Source: Takakia lepidozioides (Eukaryota > Plantae > Bryophyta). From it: a stretch of DNA of 64,000 nt. Positions 28,501-41,305 of this stretch are shown here, piece by piece. Where the stretch lies: positions 34,658,001-34,722,000 of the forward strand of contig CM060732.1 of NCBI GenBank assembly GCA_030704615.1, in the 5' to 3' direction. Within the stretch, counting starts at the first letter, position 1, and each line of letters starts with the position of its first letter. A program made the position numbers and the translations under genes. A model generated the notes under the pieces. The model saw only the letters and a program-made list of their open reading frames with translations. It searched no databases and was not told the origin of the DNA.

Positions 28501-31500
28501 TCTCAGATCAATTGTCTGTTTGAAGGTAAGTCATACTACTGGTGTCAGCCGCTGACAAAGGTAGTTTCTGTCCCTTTGTTCCGCTCAAACTGGGTGCAGG
28601 GTCAATGGCCACAAGGCTACGGCAAACAACGTCTTATGAGTACATTCCTTCTCCCTCTCTCCACAAGGCTACAGCATACGTCTTATGAGTACATTCTCTT
28701 TCTCTCTCTGTCCCCACCTCTTGTCCTGTTATTCAAGGTCAAAAGCTGAAGTGCAGTGGACTCGTGAGAAATCCCAAACTGGGGAACGTTCCATTGTGGA
28801 CTATATCATAATGGACAAAATTTTGTTCCCCCAGTGTGCCAATGTGTTGATCGACAGAACTGATATTGGTACCTCTGACCACTTCCTGGTTTGGACTGAG
28901 ATCAAAAGGTGTTTTCCCACCACCAAGAGATCTGTGAAACGTTCGATTCGGAAGTGGCGCATAGAAAAATTCCACAATGAGGAGGTCAAGGCTGAGTACG
29001 TCCAGGCCTTGCAAGAGGCTCTCCCTCATTTTGTCCAATCGCTCCAAGAACTTCAGTCACGCTCTGTTAACGCAAGAAATGAAGTCGAAAGAGCAGTGGA
29101 CTCTTGGGAGAGTTTCGTTTCCTCCGTGGCTGACAAGATCATTGGGAGGAAACTAATTGTCTGCGGTAGAGCAGTTAATTGGTGGACCAATGAGATTAAA
29201 CTCAAGATAGCTGAGAGACGAGCCCTTTATAAAGAGTGCTGCAATTGGAAACCAACAGAGAATTGTGGGCGAGGTACTACCAGCTCCGTAAAGATATCAA
29301 TCAGCTTGTTAGGTCTCAGAAGAAATTATACTGGGACAAGTTATACAGTGAAATAAACTCAAACCACCATGGTGGTAATGACAAGAAATTCTGGTTGGCC
29401 CTTCAACGTTTGTACAAGCCGAAAAACGGTCAGCAAGTACAAGCGCTGAAGATTACTAAAGGTGCAGTGGTGACTTCATCGGTTGACATTGTCAAAACCT
29501 TTGAAACTCGCTACAGTATCCTTGGCAGAACTTCTAGGTCTAACAGTGAGGGTCTTCTGCTGAATGGAGGGACACAGTTGGACAAACTGTTCCTATGATT
29601 CAAAATAGCCCTGATGAACTGGAGTATATTTCAATGGCTTATAATGCTCCCATTAGTTCTTCTGAGATTGTGGAAGCAATTGAACATTTAAATGGATATA
29701 AAGCTGGTGGACCTGATGGTATTGTCAACGAGCTTATCAAGCACGGTGGTGATCCCATGATAGAGGCCCTAGTTCTCCTCTTTAACCTTATCTGGAAGAC
29801 TGAAATGATCCCCTTTCGCTGGCGACAGGGGGTCATTGTCACTCTATACAAGAAGGGTGACAGAGAAGAACCGGGGAACTACCGTGGCATCACGCTCCTC
29901 AATGCTGTTGGCAAGACATTCTGCAGAGTTATAAGTACTCGTCTCGAGGTTGATCTGGAGTCTAGAGGTTGTTTCCACGAAGGCCAAGCTGGCTTTCGGC
30001 GAAACAGGGGCTGTGTGGATCATATCTTCACTCTAAGCCAGATTATCCAGGGAAGGAAACAAGAAGGGAAACCCACTTATGTTTTTTTCCTGGATGTCAA
30101 AAAGGCTTATGACACACTGTGGAGAGATGGCCTATGGTTCCGCCTCTGGTCTTGTGGGATCAAGGGAAAGATGTGGAGAGTTGTCCACAACTTGTATGCT
30201 CACACCAAAAGCTGTGTCACTGTTAACGGACAGAAGTCCAACTTCTTTGACATAGACCAAGGTGTAGGCCAAGGATGTACTCTCTCCCCTCTGCTCTTCA
30301 ATGTTTTCATCAATCAACTCCTCGAGGATGTGGAAAGTGAGGGATTTGGGTTAAGGGTGGGTGATACCACCATACCAGCCCTGTTTGCGGATGACTTCGC
30401 AGGCATAGGGGAGACTCCAACCAATCTCCAGGAGTTGATTGATTGCGCGAAGAGATACTTTGATCTTTGGGGGCTAGAGGCTAATGTCAGCAAATGTGCA
30501 GTGGTAGCATTCAACGACAGAGGAGAGGGAGGAAGTGATCTTAAGTGGCAGTGGGGTAGCCAAGAGATCCCGGTCCTCCCTTCCTACACTTACCTGGGCG
30601 TTGAGTTTTCCTCCAATTGTAATTGGGATGCACATATCCGGAAAGTTGTTCAAACTGGCAAGGGCAAAGCTCTGGGCTCACTAAATTTTTCCACTGCAGA
30701 GGGGTCAACTCTGAGGTTAAGAAAACCATGCTTTGTCGCGTTATTAGACCTGCCTTGGAGTACGGATCTGCTATATGGGTTGATAACTCCAACCAGGCTA
30801 AGTCTCTAGAATCCATTCAAGTGGGGGTGCTTAAGGAGTGTATGTCAGCATGCTCCAAAACAGCCAATGTGGCTGTTCGGGGTGAGTTTGGCATTCCGTC
30901 CTTAAGCTCCCGACGAGATGAATTCAAGGTCAGATGGTGGGGTCAGCTGCAACATATGCCCAACACCAGATATCCTAAGTTAATCGACTCTATATCTTGG
31001 AAACAGGACCGCCCTGTCAAACAGGCTCAGTCCTGGCAGAAGAGAGTAGAAGAGATTCTCAAGGACCTGGACCTGGATCCGCAAGTCTCGACCCTGCTGG
31101 ATAAATCTGACTTAGAGGCTGTAGTGTCCTCAGCCATGTCTGTTGCCATGAGATTGTCTGATGAAAATGAAGTTAGGCAGAAACTTCCCTGAACTTGTTT
31201 CCAGTCAGTGACATGGGGGAGGACATCTTGGATGACCTCAAGGGTCTACCCACTCTCGGCACTGGACTGAAATTTAAACTCAGGGCAGGAAGCCTACCTT
31301 TGAACAGCAAACAGAAGCAGAGAGGAAAGGGAGAGTGCAATTGCCCGCTGTGTGGGCAATCTGAAGACAGTATTCACTTTCTGATACACTGTCCGGGGTT
31401 CTCTCACCAAAGAGACGCTCTCTTCAATTCTATCAAGGGAATTGTGCCTGTACCCCTGTTTAACAACTTTGAAAGTCTCGAGGCTGAGCCAAAAGCCCAG

Positions 31501-34500
31501 GCCCTCCTAAGGCCTAGTTTTTGGGCAAATCACACAGCAGATTGATGCTTGTGTGAAGGGATTTCTAGAGGATATCTGGAAAACCCGGATTAATTCTATA
31601 TATGATGGTAAGTCACACTACCAACGTCCGCCCCTGACAGAGGTAGGTTCTGTCCCTTTTGTTCCCGCTCAAACTGGGCGCGGGGTCAATGGCCACAAGG
31701 CTACGGCAAACAACGTCTTATGAGTACAATCTCTCTGTCCCCATCCACTCTTCAGAAGTTGATTGATGGTGCAAAGAGGTACTTTGATCTGTGGAGACTA
31801 GAAGCAAACGTTAGTAAATGCGTGGTAAATGCCTTCAATGATCTGAAGTGGGAGGGCAGCCACATTCACAGGCAATGCATTGGGTTTCTTCTGACCTTCT
31901 CATGCATTGAGAAAGAGGCTGTGTAATGCTTTCTCGTTTCAATATTTGACATGAAATTCCAGTGCCTACACTTGGGCCAGTTGTGAATTGCTTTTGAGGC
32001 AAATCGACAACAGGTTGGCTACCTTCCATCCATCCTGTTATCCCAGATGTCCTCCCTCCCCACGCAACATGAACTGTTAGATGTTCCATGTTATTAAGGG
32101 TGGAGTCTATTAGTTTTAATGCTTTATAATCTGTTATTGTAAGCCACTGCAGGTGGTCTTTGTGGTGGTTGACTTCCCTAGCAACAGCATCGCATGAGCT
32201 ACACTGTCTTTGACTGGACCATGCACCTGCAGGGAGTTACTGCGGTGTTGAACTTGCAGCGGAAAAGTGAGCGTGTGAATTGGGGAATAGATGGTGAAGC
32301 CATTGAGGGGATGGCCCGTGACAAGGGTATTGTATTTGTGAGTTGCCCAATCAGGTACCTCCCAGAACTCCAAATCCTCAGGGCAGGAAGTTTACAGGTA
32401 GTGTGTGCACATTTGCTAGTATTGTGTTCCTTTAACGGAAGACTCGAGGTGATGAAGTGGTGGATTGTGGTGGAGGTATGTAGTTGCTTTCTGGCTGTAA
32501 GAAATTGCTGATGACTCTGCCAGTGCAGGGATGTGGACACGGTGGATTTGCGACGGAAGCTACCGTATGCAGTGGGAGTGTTATATCGAATGTTGAGGCG
32601 AGGCCACCGTGTGTATACCACCTGTACCACTGGTCTGGATCGCTCTGCTGCTCTTGTGATAGCCTACCTGCACTGGATTCAGGATGTGGCTCTGCCTCAG
32701 GCCTTCAACTTTGTTACTACCTTGCATCCTTCTGGTCCTGACCGGTTTGTTTCTATACTTCTCATCTGGTTGGTGTAGGATTCTCCTACTATGCTGTTTA
32801 TATTGTCAAATGAAGCCATGGGAGGGTTGGAGTTGTGGTTGTGGAATAGCAGGAAATATGGAAGAGAACAGGTTTTGCATCTTTCTTTTTGACATGTCCA
32901 GGCCAGTGGCTTCCTCTTTACTATAAAAGCCTCGGGCAGACACAAATTAGAATTGATGTGCATATCTTCAGGAAATATATTGGTGTTGCAGGCCAGCCTT
33001 AGTGTGGGCTACATGGGATCTTATTGCAATGGTTGAAAAGGGGAAACATCAGGGACCTCCAACTCATGCAGTCCAGTTTGTCTGGAATCACGGTTGCAAC
33101 CAGGTCTCGTCCTCCTCTTTCCCCAGTGTAACACATGCAATGTCCTGCTGGTTGAATTTTAGCTATGTACAATTTGCTTAAAACTTATTGTCGCTTCACA
33201 GGACATTCGTTTTCTTGCCCAATCTTGATTTTCAATTGCAGTTGATTCAATGCCCTTTGTCAACTCTGGTGCAGAGAGATTGTGTGGTATAGAGGGATGG
33301 AAACCAGCAGAAGTAGACAAGGGGAGAGGTTGTGTGTTGTGCAGGGCGAGGAGGTTTTGGTTGTGGGAGAGTTTACTGCTGATTGGACTCAGCCAATTAA
33401 GGCAGTCCATGTTGGTGGACCCAAGTATATTGTCAATCTTCGTCTTCCACAGGGCAAGTAAGGACAAAGCAGCCCCATATAGTGCTATTCTCTGTAACTA
33501 CCTCCGCATCCTTTTCTCAGGGCTTCTCGCTTGCCATGCACTACTCACATTTTTCCCAGCAAATTCTGCTGTGTTCTTGCCAGACTGTTGCACTGTCAGT
33601 GTGGGGGTCCAAAACGTTTTGTGATGCATGGCCAAGTCACTGTTGAATTTCATGTTCTTACAGCTCCCTCAAGATCTGAATGCTGTAGAAGCCTTGAGGT
33701 TCGCTATGTTTAGTATTGCTTCCCTGAATCCCTCCTGCCGGTCTTAGTGCACAATGCCCAAGATCTCATGTGGTGTTTTGGCTCCTCTCTTCACATGCTA
33801 TCAGGCCTTCTGGTTAGGTGTTTGCATAAACTATTTTGCACTCCAGGTCATCGAAGTCAAGAGAAAAGTGCTAATATGAACACAGCTGATCTACAAATTA
33901 TGGAGGGATGCAGGTATTATTTCAAATTCATAGTTGGGGGACAATGGCGGCACTCAAACAATTTGTCAACCGAAGGGGATAGGTGGGGAAACGTCAATAA
34001 TGTGATTCAGGTTGGAGATGTTGCATCCACCACATTTTCCAACCCCGTGCATACACATATTAAGGTGAAGTCCACATTAACTTGCTGATTGCCGTCATGT
34101 GTTTGTGGGGTACTTTTTGTTTCTCAGACCAGGTCCTGAACGCTCTCTAGAAATTTGCCTACAATTCCTCACTTGAACAGATGGATTTCAACCACAAAGA
34201 ATGGTTTTATTCATGAAATCAGATTCCTACCTTTATTCAGTTATGTTTCAAGCGTGTTGTCTGGAGTTGACTCTGCACTTAAACTAAATAGATTCCGTTC
34301 TGGAGCTAGCTGTTGGTCAAAGTCTGTTCAACTTGATATGCGAGTTATCACAGCTCACATTAAAGCTTCCCTGGGCATGTGTGGCGAATGCAGGATCTGA
34401 CAAGCATCAAAGTGATAGAACGACCCTTGACTGAAGATGAGCGCTTCACACTCGCCTTCGCCGCACGCAGGATGGCCTTTGCTATTTCTCCACTCACGTT

Positions 34501-34525
34501 TGTCGCGAAAAAATGGAAGCAATAG
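22546..34525 (+). CDS. LSF1: Phosphoglucan phosphatase-like LSF1 (PDZ-like, DSP, CBM48). Exons 22546-22971, 23401-23507, 24064-24541, 24887-24958, 32233-32354, 32529-32744, 32992-33103, 33345-33457, 33914-34064, 34394-34525
   Basis: All introns GT-AG with consistent phases. PDZ-like YMVTLDKPIGIRFA; DSP ITEQVFVGSCIQT and RVYTTCTTGLDRS (LSF1-type TCTTG, lacking the His of HCX5R); CBM48 YYFKFIVGGQWRHS; C-terminal ERPLTEDERFTLA. Start codon inferred from the ORF track. Confidence 0.9.
25611..26784 (-). mobile_element. Inverted 5' segment of an intronic LINE copy
   Basis: Reverse complement aligns to 28846-30232 of the larger copy (PDELEYIS..PISSSEIVEAIEHLN..KAGGPDGI). Confidence 0.85.
27189..28716 (+). 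mobile_element. 3' segment of an intronic LINE copy (RT C-terminal half and 3' end)
   Basis: QGCTLSP, LMFGDD, NVSKC; aligns to 30229-31743; ends in a duplicated ccacaaggctac..gtcttatgagtaca followed by a CT-rich tail. Confidence 0.88.
28717..31743 (+). mobile_element. 5'-truncated non-LTR retrotransposon ORF2 (EN end, RT, C-terminal CCHC), frameshifted; RTE/RTEX-like, clade uncertain
   Basis: IVDYI..SDH endonuclease end; KKGDREEPGNYRGITLL, QAGFRRNR, FLDVKKAYD, GVGQGCTLSPLLF, LFADD, YTYLGV; CPLCGQSEDSIHFLIHC. Confidence 0.92.
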
Positions 34526-34699
34526 AATGCCAAATACACAAGCAAGGAGGCATATTCTCATGTAAATTACTTGACGAGGTCTACACATGCTGACACTTCC
34601 TGTGTTGTTGTGTAGATTGTCTTTACTATGTCAGGCTGAGGCTTACGACATGTGTATGATAGGTAGAGGTGAATCTATTACAAAATGATATAAATAATT

Positions 34700-35200
34700 A
34701 GTTTACCTGGATTGTCATGGTTTTCAGTAGGATTGGCATGATACTGTAAATAAACGTGTTGTATGAAGATCAAGGGCTGATCCATGCTGGCAAGATACAG
34801 TACATGATTTTTGGTAGGCATCTCTGGAGCAACCACAGTTGGGTCTTTCAAAATCACTTGGAGCTTCGAAATTGGCCCGGCTTGGATAACCAAGCTTTCT
34901 GGCAATTTTTGGTCAACAATAGAGGCGAGAACTTCAATGGCTCTCTTTAAATCTGTTTTTTCAAAAGCTGATAGCATTCGAATAACCTCAAAACGGAAGT
35001 TCTGAGGTTAGATACTTGAGACCAAATGTCGTGTCGCGGGTCTTCCTTCCTCCTTCCTCAACCCAGTTGCAGATCTTTGAATAGAAGCTTATAGCTGTAC
35101 AATTTTGTGTCTGTGTCTATCCTCAATATCGGCCTTGCTTGTTTCCCTTCACTGCAAGAAGCATTCTAGTTACAACGACCATGTAAACATAATGAGCTAC
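34700..35200 (-). pseudogene. Truncated duplicate of the BAHD 5' region and exon 1
   Basis: ILKDPTVVAPEMPTKNHVLYLASMDQPL vs ILKDSTLVVPAVPTKNHVMYLSNMDQPL; upstream DNA also homologous to about 39040-39360; gccagaaagcATG has become gccagaaagcTTG. Confidence 0.8.
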
Positions 35201-37347
35201 TGATCTTGCTTCACTGCCACCTCTTTTATACTACATGAGCAATATCTCGTCAACCAATTGCCATTTAAACTTTCAGCTGGTAGCTGTGTTAGGAGCATAG
35301 TTCTATTCTGTAGGAAATAAAAACAAACTGTAATGTGTTAACTATCAATGGTCAGACCAGGGAAAGCAGAGAAAATGTAGCTAGGAATGATGATTAAGTA
35401 TTCTCAAGGAAACTCAGAGAGGAAAATCCCAATTGGGTAGAAGCTAGAAACAAATTCATAGAGGAGTACTGTAACAATGTTGGTCCACATAACACATCTA
35501 AGTAAAGGTACATTTGACATGACAGAAAACTCTGAAAGAAACAGCTTTTCAACTCTCTCATTGTAACAACACTGGAGCTCGCCGTGGAGAACGGCTCAAT
35601 ACTACAAAGCTTTCGGAGTTACGAGCTTCCCTGAAGTGTCGAGAATAAACTTCACGCCCAAATGTCCAATGATTATTTAGTAATGAGCATGAGCTTCTAA
35701 GCATTAACAAGAAACTAGAGCATCTCGTGGAAACTTATGAGCAGCTTGAACACACCAGAGAACTTTCGCCTTTTAGATTCGACAAACTTGTCCACCTGCC
35801 ATGGCACCGGATGCTATGAATAGGAAGCCAGATCTGCTAGTGCAACCCAACGGAGGCCCGTGGAGGAGCGATCCGAACCTTCTTGAAGGCGACAGACAGA
35901 CCACGGTACTCAATGTTCCATCTCCTTCTCACTCCAAGACAGTCGAGGTGGGCGAGATTGGAATCTTGGCCCGCCCTTCTTTTGAAGTGCTGACGAAGCC
36001 TTGACCCGCCACTTGAGTATATAGGCGTCATCGCATAGCTGGGATATGTCTAGAGCATCTTGTACATGCTAGCACGCACAGACATAGCAATGTATAGTGT
36101 AGTATCATGAGAGCACAGTACGTGGTGTGTACTGTGTGCCTCACAATAGTATACTAATATAGTACTCTTTACCTTTAATCTGTGCTGGTTGTCATTACTC
36201 TGTGAACTATTATAGCGCTGATTTCCCTAAATACGCATTTGAATCGGATGGGTGTTCGTAGAGAAGCAACCGTTGTTTCATACGATCTCATCTTAGCAAT
36301 TCTAGTCTCACGAGGTTTGCAAAATTTAGCCCGGCCTCGTTTGCAACCTGTTTGCAATTCGGTGGGGTGGATGCAGCTGTATACACCGTCCCGTTTAGGT
36401 ATACGGCTTATAAGAAGAGTGGAAATATGCATGTATCGTGTACTGCGCCTCCAGTGCTGTAATGCATGTGACGGCAATTTCTGCATTACTATTATTCTTG
36501 CGTTCACAAGGGCTTGTCCTTGCCGATCACACACTAGGTACATCTTAATCGTCTAGCACTGACTCTGTTTCCTTCAAACTAATCTCACTCTAGAAGTCTG
36601 AGCTTTGAAGAGATTATTGGACATCGCACTGGTAATCATGTCTGCTCCTAGTGCATGACTCGTGCTCAGAAGCAGAGCGTGTAAGTGGTCTGGATGGTCA
36701 ATGTTGCTCAACGATCTGAGGGATTACCAAGAGCCAGCTTTGATCCGAGCAATTATGGACTGTTGTGTTCCGGACTTTAGTTCAGGGCTGTTAGTCCATG
36801 AATTCTGGACCTCAAGTGTGCCTACCTAGTAACTGATCAGCAACATTGATACTATGAAGAGGGAGCTCACAAGCAAGATACTACACTCCAGGCATTAATT
36901 GTCAAGCGTCAGAGGGAGACGGTTCAACACCACAGCATCAACTGTGTGCACTAAAACACCACCAATGTAAATGAAACCATTCATTGTGGTTCTGCATGTG
37001 TCGCCCGTCCAACTTCAAACTACCAAGACCTGTCTGTACAGAGCCGTCAAGCCGTCACCCGTTGTCGTTGGCCGGGAGTAGTCCCGGCCCTTTACCCTGA
37101 AGTCTTTTGACAAACTCAAATTTCAGACCTTATCTCAATGTAGGCGATGGATGAGTGATCGACGAAACATGACATTGTACTTGTACTTGAAAATAGGTTT
37201 GTGGGATGTGTGGCTAATCCCGAAAGAATGAAGGGAGGGTGGAATGATAGCGAGGCAGCAGTGACGATGAACAATTGTCCAGCTAGATTGCTACACCTAA
37301 TCACAGTCGAGTAGTTGGCATAGAATAAGGTAGTAACTCATTAGTAA

Positions 37348-39039
37348 CTACAGGCGAGCTGTAACTCCAGTACGTATTGCCTCTTTAAACTTCTCCATAG
37401 CTCTCGGAGGCAGTCCGATCACCACTTCGAAATCGTTCTTTTCCCCTTGGGGCAATGCAAAGTAAACTATCTCAGGCGGCATGCCACGAGTGACAGGTCC
37501 ACAATAAAATGGCTTTCCCAAACCAAAGTCAATCTCATAGAATCCCAATCGTGACCAGTCGGTAATCGAAAATGAGAAATTGACCGAAGTTGTCCTCTTC
37601 CTTAGGTCCTCAATGTAATCAACTCCGGATCTCAAGTATTTGTCTGTGATTAAAGCCATCCCTTCTTGTATAAGCCACACTGCATAAGACAGAGGCTTGG
37701 ATAGGAGCTCATCAGCTGTGGTCATAGCGCAAGCTACATAAAGTACGTTACCAACATAGTCGGGCGGAACGGGCGGAGAAAACTTTGAACGCACCTCCAT
37801 TGTCACGAGGAGTCGGGTTTTCTGGGATGGATCCATTCCAAGTGCTTTCGTCCGTGCGCGCCAAACATGGGCTGCGAGCATCTCAAAAGTGGAGCACTTG
37901 CTCACATAACCCCCAGGCTTTCTCAGTATTTGTTGTCTTAACTCTGTGAGGGTTTCACGGGTGAAATAGAAAGTGTTGTATACAAAATCATCACCCAAGA
38001 GATCTTCTGACAGATCGATCTCGTCAAATTCAGGGTGTGGGAAGTCGATCTGAAGTGGAGATCGTGGGCCAAAGATTCTACGGTCCAAAAATGGAGCTCT
38101 CAAAGGGGTACTGTCTCCACGAGCTAAAGCAGCCCAAGCTTTTAGGAACTGCGTGAGTGCGACGCCGTCCATAAACAAATGGTTAAGGCCAAAGCCGAAT
38201 GCAAACCCACCACACCTGAACCTTGTCACCTGCTAGCACAGAGGGGGCGATTCAACCAGAACTTAGCTGTTTCGGATTCAACATGCAGTATTGAGCGCGT
38301 CCGACATCCTGCAATGTGGTGACATATGACATTTTGAATCTAAAAACCTAGTTGAGTCGTCGTCTATTTACCGAGCCAATCATCAATTGGACCTCATTAA
38401 GAGTGCAAGCATTTGAGAAAAGATGCATTCACATCCACATATAGTATCCACTAATCAAAATTCCTCTATGTTTAGGAAGGTTTTAAAACACTTACACAGT
38501 GAGCAGGACGTTTTAATCGGGCACTACATGCATACATGGCACCATGAAACAAAATTTTGACTTCAGTTATGAGTTACCTGAATAACCAACGCAGGGGTCG
38601 CAAGCAGCTGATGCAATCCCTCCTGATTCATTGCCTCTGGAACTGAGTAGACCAGTTGCATCAATCTCGGATCGGGCTTGCCGGAATCGCTCTGTTTTTC
38701 CAATTCAGATATGGCGGCATCTGCCTCAGCTTCCACAAACACGACCCCTTTGCCATTACAGTTAACTTCGAGTCCCCCCTCCAAACTGATCTGAAGCCTT
38801 CCTGCTAGAGGGTAATACGGGACAAGTACCTTGGAAAGTGCCTCTCTCATCACTGTTGCTACATTGTCATAGTTTTTCGTAGGGTGGGCATGATACAAGA
38901 AAAGAGGGTGTGGTGTATAAACCAGGGGCTGATCCATGTTGGAGAGATACATCACATGATTTTTGGTAGGAACAGCTGGAACAACCAAAGTTGAGTCTTT
39001 CAAGATCACTTTGAGGTTTGGCTCAGCTACGATACCCAT
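37348..39039 (-). CDS. BAHD acyltransferase (HCT/feruloyl-transferase-like), exons 39039-38578 and 38229-37348, 447 aa
   Basis: LSKVLVPYYPLAGRL; IQ|VTRFRCGG with a GT-AG intron at the conserved Q position; HXXXD = HLFMD; DFGWG variant DFGLG. Confidence 0.92.
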
Positions 39040-40226
39040 GCTTTCTGGCAGTTTTTCTCGTCTATAATACAGGCGAGAACGTCAATGGGTCTCTTCAAAT
39101 CTGGATGTCTAAGATGTTTCGGAAGCTCATAGCAGTCGAATCACCTCAAAACAGAAGTTACCAGGTTACACACTTCGGACCTCCTCCTTCCTCGACCCAG
39201 TTGCAGATCTTCGGACTTGAGCTTATAACTGTACAACTTTCTGTCGGTGTCTATCCTCAATATCGTTCTTGCATGTGTCTCTTGGCAAGAAGCATTCAAG
39301 CTACAAAAGATGATGAACTGTTTCGCCGGCACCTCCTCTAAGTCTACCACATGAGCATCACAATAATTGGTGAGCCCATGTGCAACACGCTCACTCGGAG
39401 TCTGATTGGGAGTAATATAGTCAAGCTCATGAATACTCCAAACACGTTCCAAGTTCCCATTCGAAGTTCAACATGTGTTAGGTAGTGAAATTTGTAAGTT
39501 GAAATGATATTTTGGTCTTTCCATAATTACAAGTTGTAATGAAGGAACCTTTTCTAAGATCATAGATTGTTCAAAGAACTTCAAAGATCGTCTTACAAAA
39601 GCCTTGGAAGCCCATACGCCTATGTTCTTGTAGCTTTCTTTAGACAACAAGTTTATGTTGCTTTGCAAAAGGCTCAAGCTCAATCTATTTTACGTCGGGC
39701 AGAGGTTGCTGGGGCGGCTACACCTTTCCTATTGTCTGACCTTCTTCAGGCTGTAGGTGATACTATAATTTTCAGATGTGGCCCAAAAAGAATCCTTCCT
39801 AAAAATGAAGAGCATAAAAAACCAAGAAATTTGTCAAATGTGGGCAATGTTTCCATCGCCTGATATTAGAGTCTCGGGAATTGTATACCTGACATGATAA
39901 CACACCATCCCTGAAATTTTCACTTTTTTCTGACCTGTTTTCATGTGGGCTGCTTTGTACTCACAAATTGGGGGGTAAAAAAAAACCCAATTTGAAGCGG
40001 GCAGGCCAACATTTGGGCTACGAAAATTGCTTAGGACAAATATGTCCAATTTACAATCGTTGTGGTCTATGTCATGCTTGCATGCAAAGGTTGTTGTAGA
40101 AAAAAATTCAATCCAATTGGGCAATACTTTAGGCTATTTGCCTGGTACTTCCCAACCCAAAGACCTCTCTTGCTAGATACCAAAATAATAGCATGTCAAA
40201 ATGTAGATGTCAGCTCAGCTGTTCTG

Positions 40227-40860
40227 TTAACCCCTAAACGCCCCGGGTAGTTTGACTTTCTATTGCAAGAAACGACCCCCTGCTGCGAAATTAGGTGTAA
40301 TTCCCAAAATTTCTACAATTTTGAAATTCTGACCATACAATCTGTGCCCACCTACCCCTTGCACCCACATGCCAAATTTTGGGCCAATCAGACCACATCT
40401 GCAAAAATGCCACCGTTGTAAGTGGGGCCCAATTTTTGGCCAAGTGTCAATTTATCCCAAAAAAAAATGGATTTTGGTATGTTTGGGTGACGGATTGGAA
40501 TTGGATAAGGTTGGTGGACCCACATTTTGATCTATGCAAGGTCTTGCAACGGTCAAAGAAAAAATTTAAAGGCCATTTGGCCAAGAATACAACCAAAGAT
40601 GGTTGGTCAAAGCACAAGGGGTAGTATTTTTTTGCTTATATGAACAGAGACAATAATTGGTATGAGTTTACACCTCCATCTTTTCACAAAACCCTCTATC
40701 TTTGTACCAGCAGGCCACTAGCCCATATGTGCTTACAACAAGCTATATATGGGTGGGATTTGAACCCATACCAGTGCCCTTTTGCCCATACATGAACACA
40801 AGGAGGGAGAAACCCCCCCCCCCCCCCCCCCACATGTGTGCAATACCCTCGCTTGGTAAG
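40227..40860. mobile_element. Left end of a probable piggyBac-like non-autonomous element
   Basis: TTAA|cccctaaacg start, related to the terminus at 521-534; right boundary not defined. Confidence 0.35.
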
Positions 40861-41126
40861 GGGACTACACCTATCTAAAAAAAGTAATCATATAAGCTAT
40901 ATTTGCCAAACGGATAGAGGCCGAAGTAAGGGAAGGCCGCGGATCTCCGCCGAGGCCTAGTGATTGCACAACTTCAAGTTCTGACCGTACGGATAGAGGG
41001 ACTCTGTTAGAGGACTGTAGGGGACTTAGACACTTATACGGGATCTGTAGGGTACCCTTAAATTTTGCACAGACTGAGACAAACAGGAACCTTAGGGGTG
41101 ACAGCAGCGCACTGTAGAAGGGGGTT

Positions 41127-41305
41127 ACATAGCCCACACAGCCGACACAGCAGTCACAGCCCACACAGCCAACACAGCCCGTCACAGTCGTCACAGCCCA
41201 CACAGCCCACACAGCCCGTCACAGTCGTCACAGCAGACACAGCCCACACAGCCAGTCACAGCCCGACACAGCCAAACACAGCCAGTCACCGCTTGACACA
41301 GCTGT
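41127..41305. repeat. Degenerate CACAGCC/GTCACAGC simple repeat array
   Basis: cacagcc, cacagtc and gtcacag units repeated, abutting tgtcacg (a possible LTR end) at 41303. Confidence 0.8.

Noticed and set aside
35400-36600. Possible solo LTR or small gene between LSF1 and BAHD
   Set aside because: No termini, TSD or protein motif could be established by eye.
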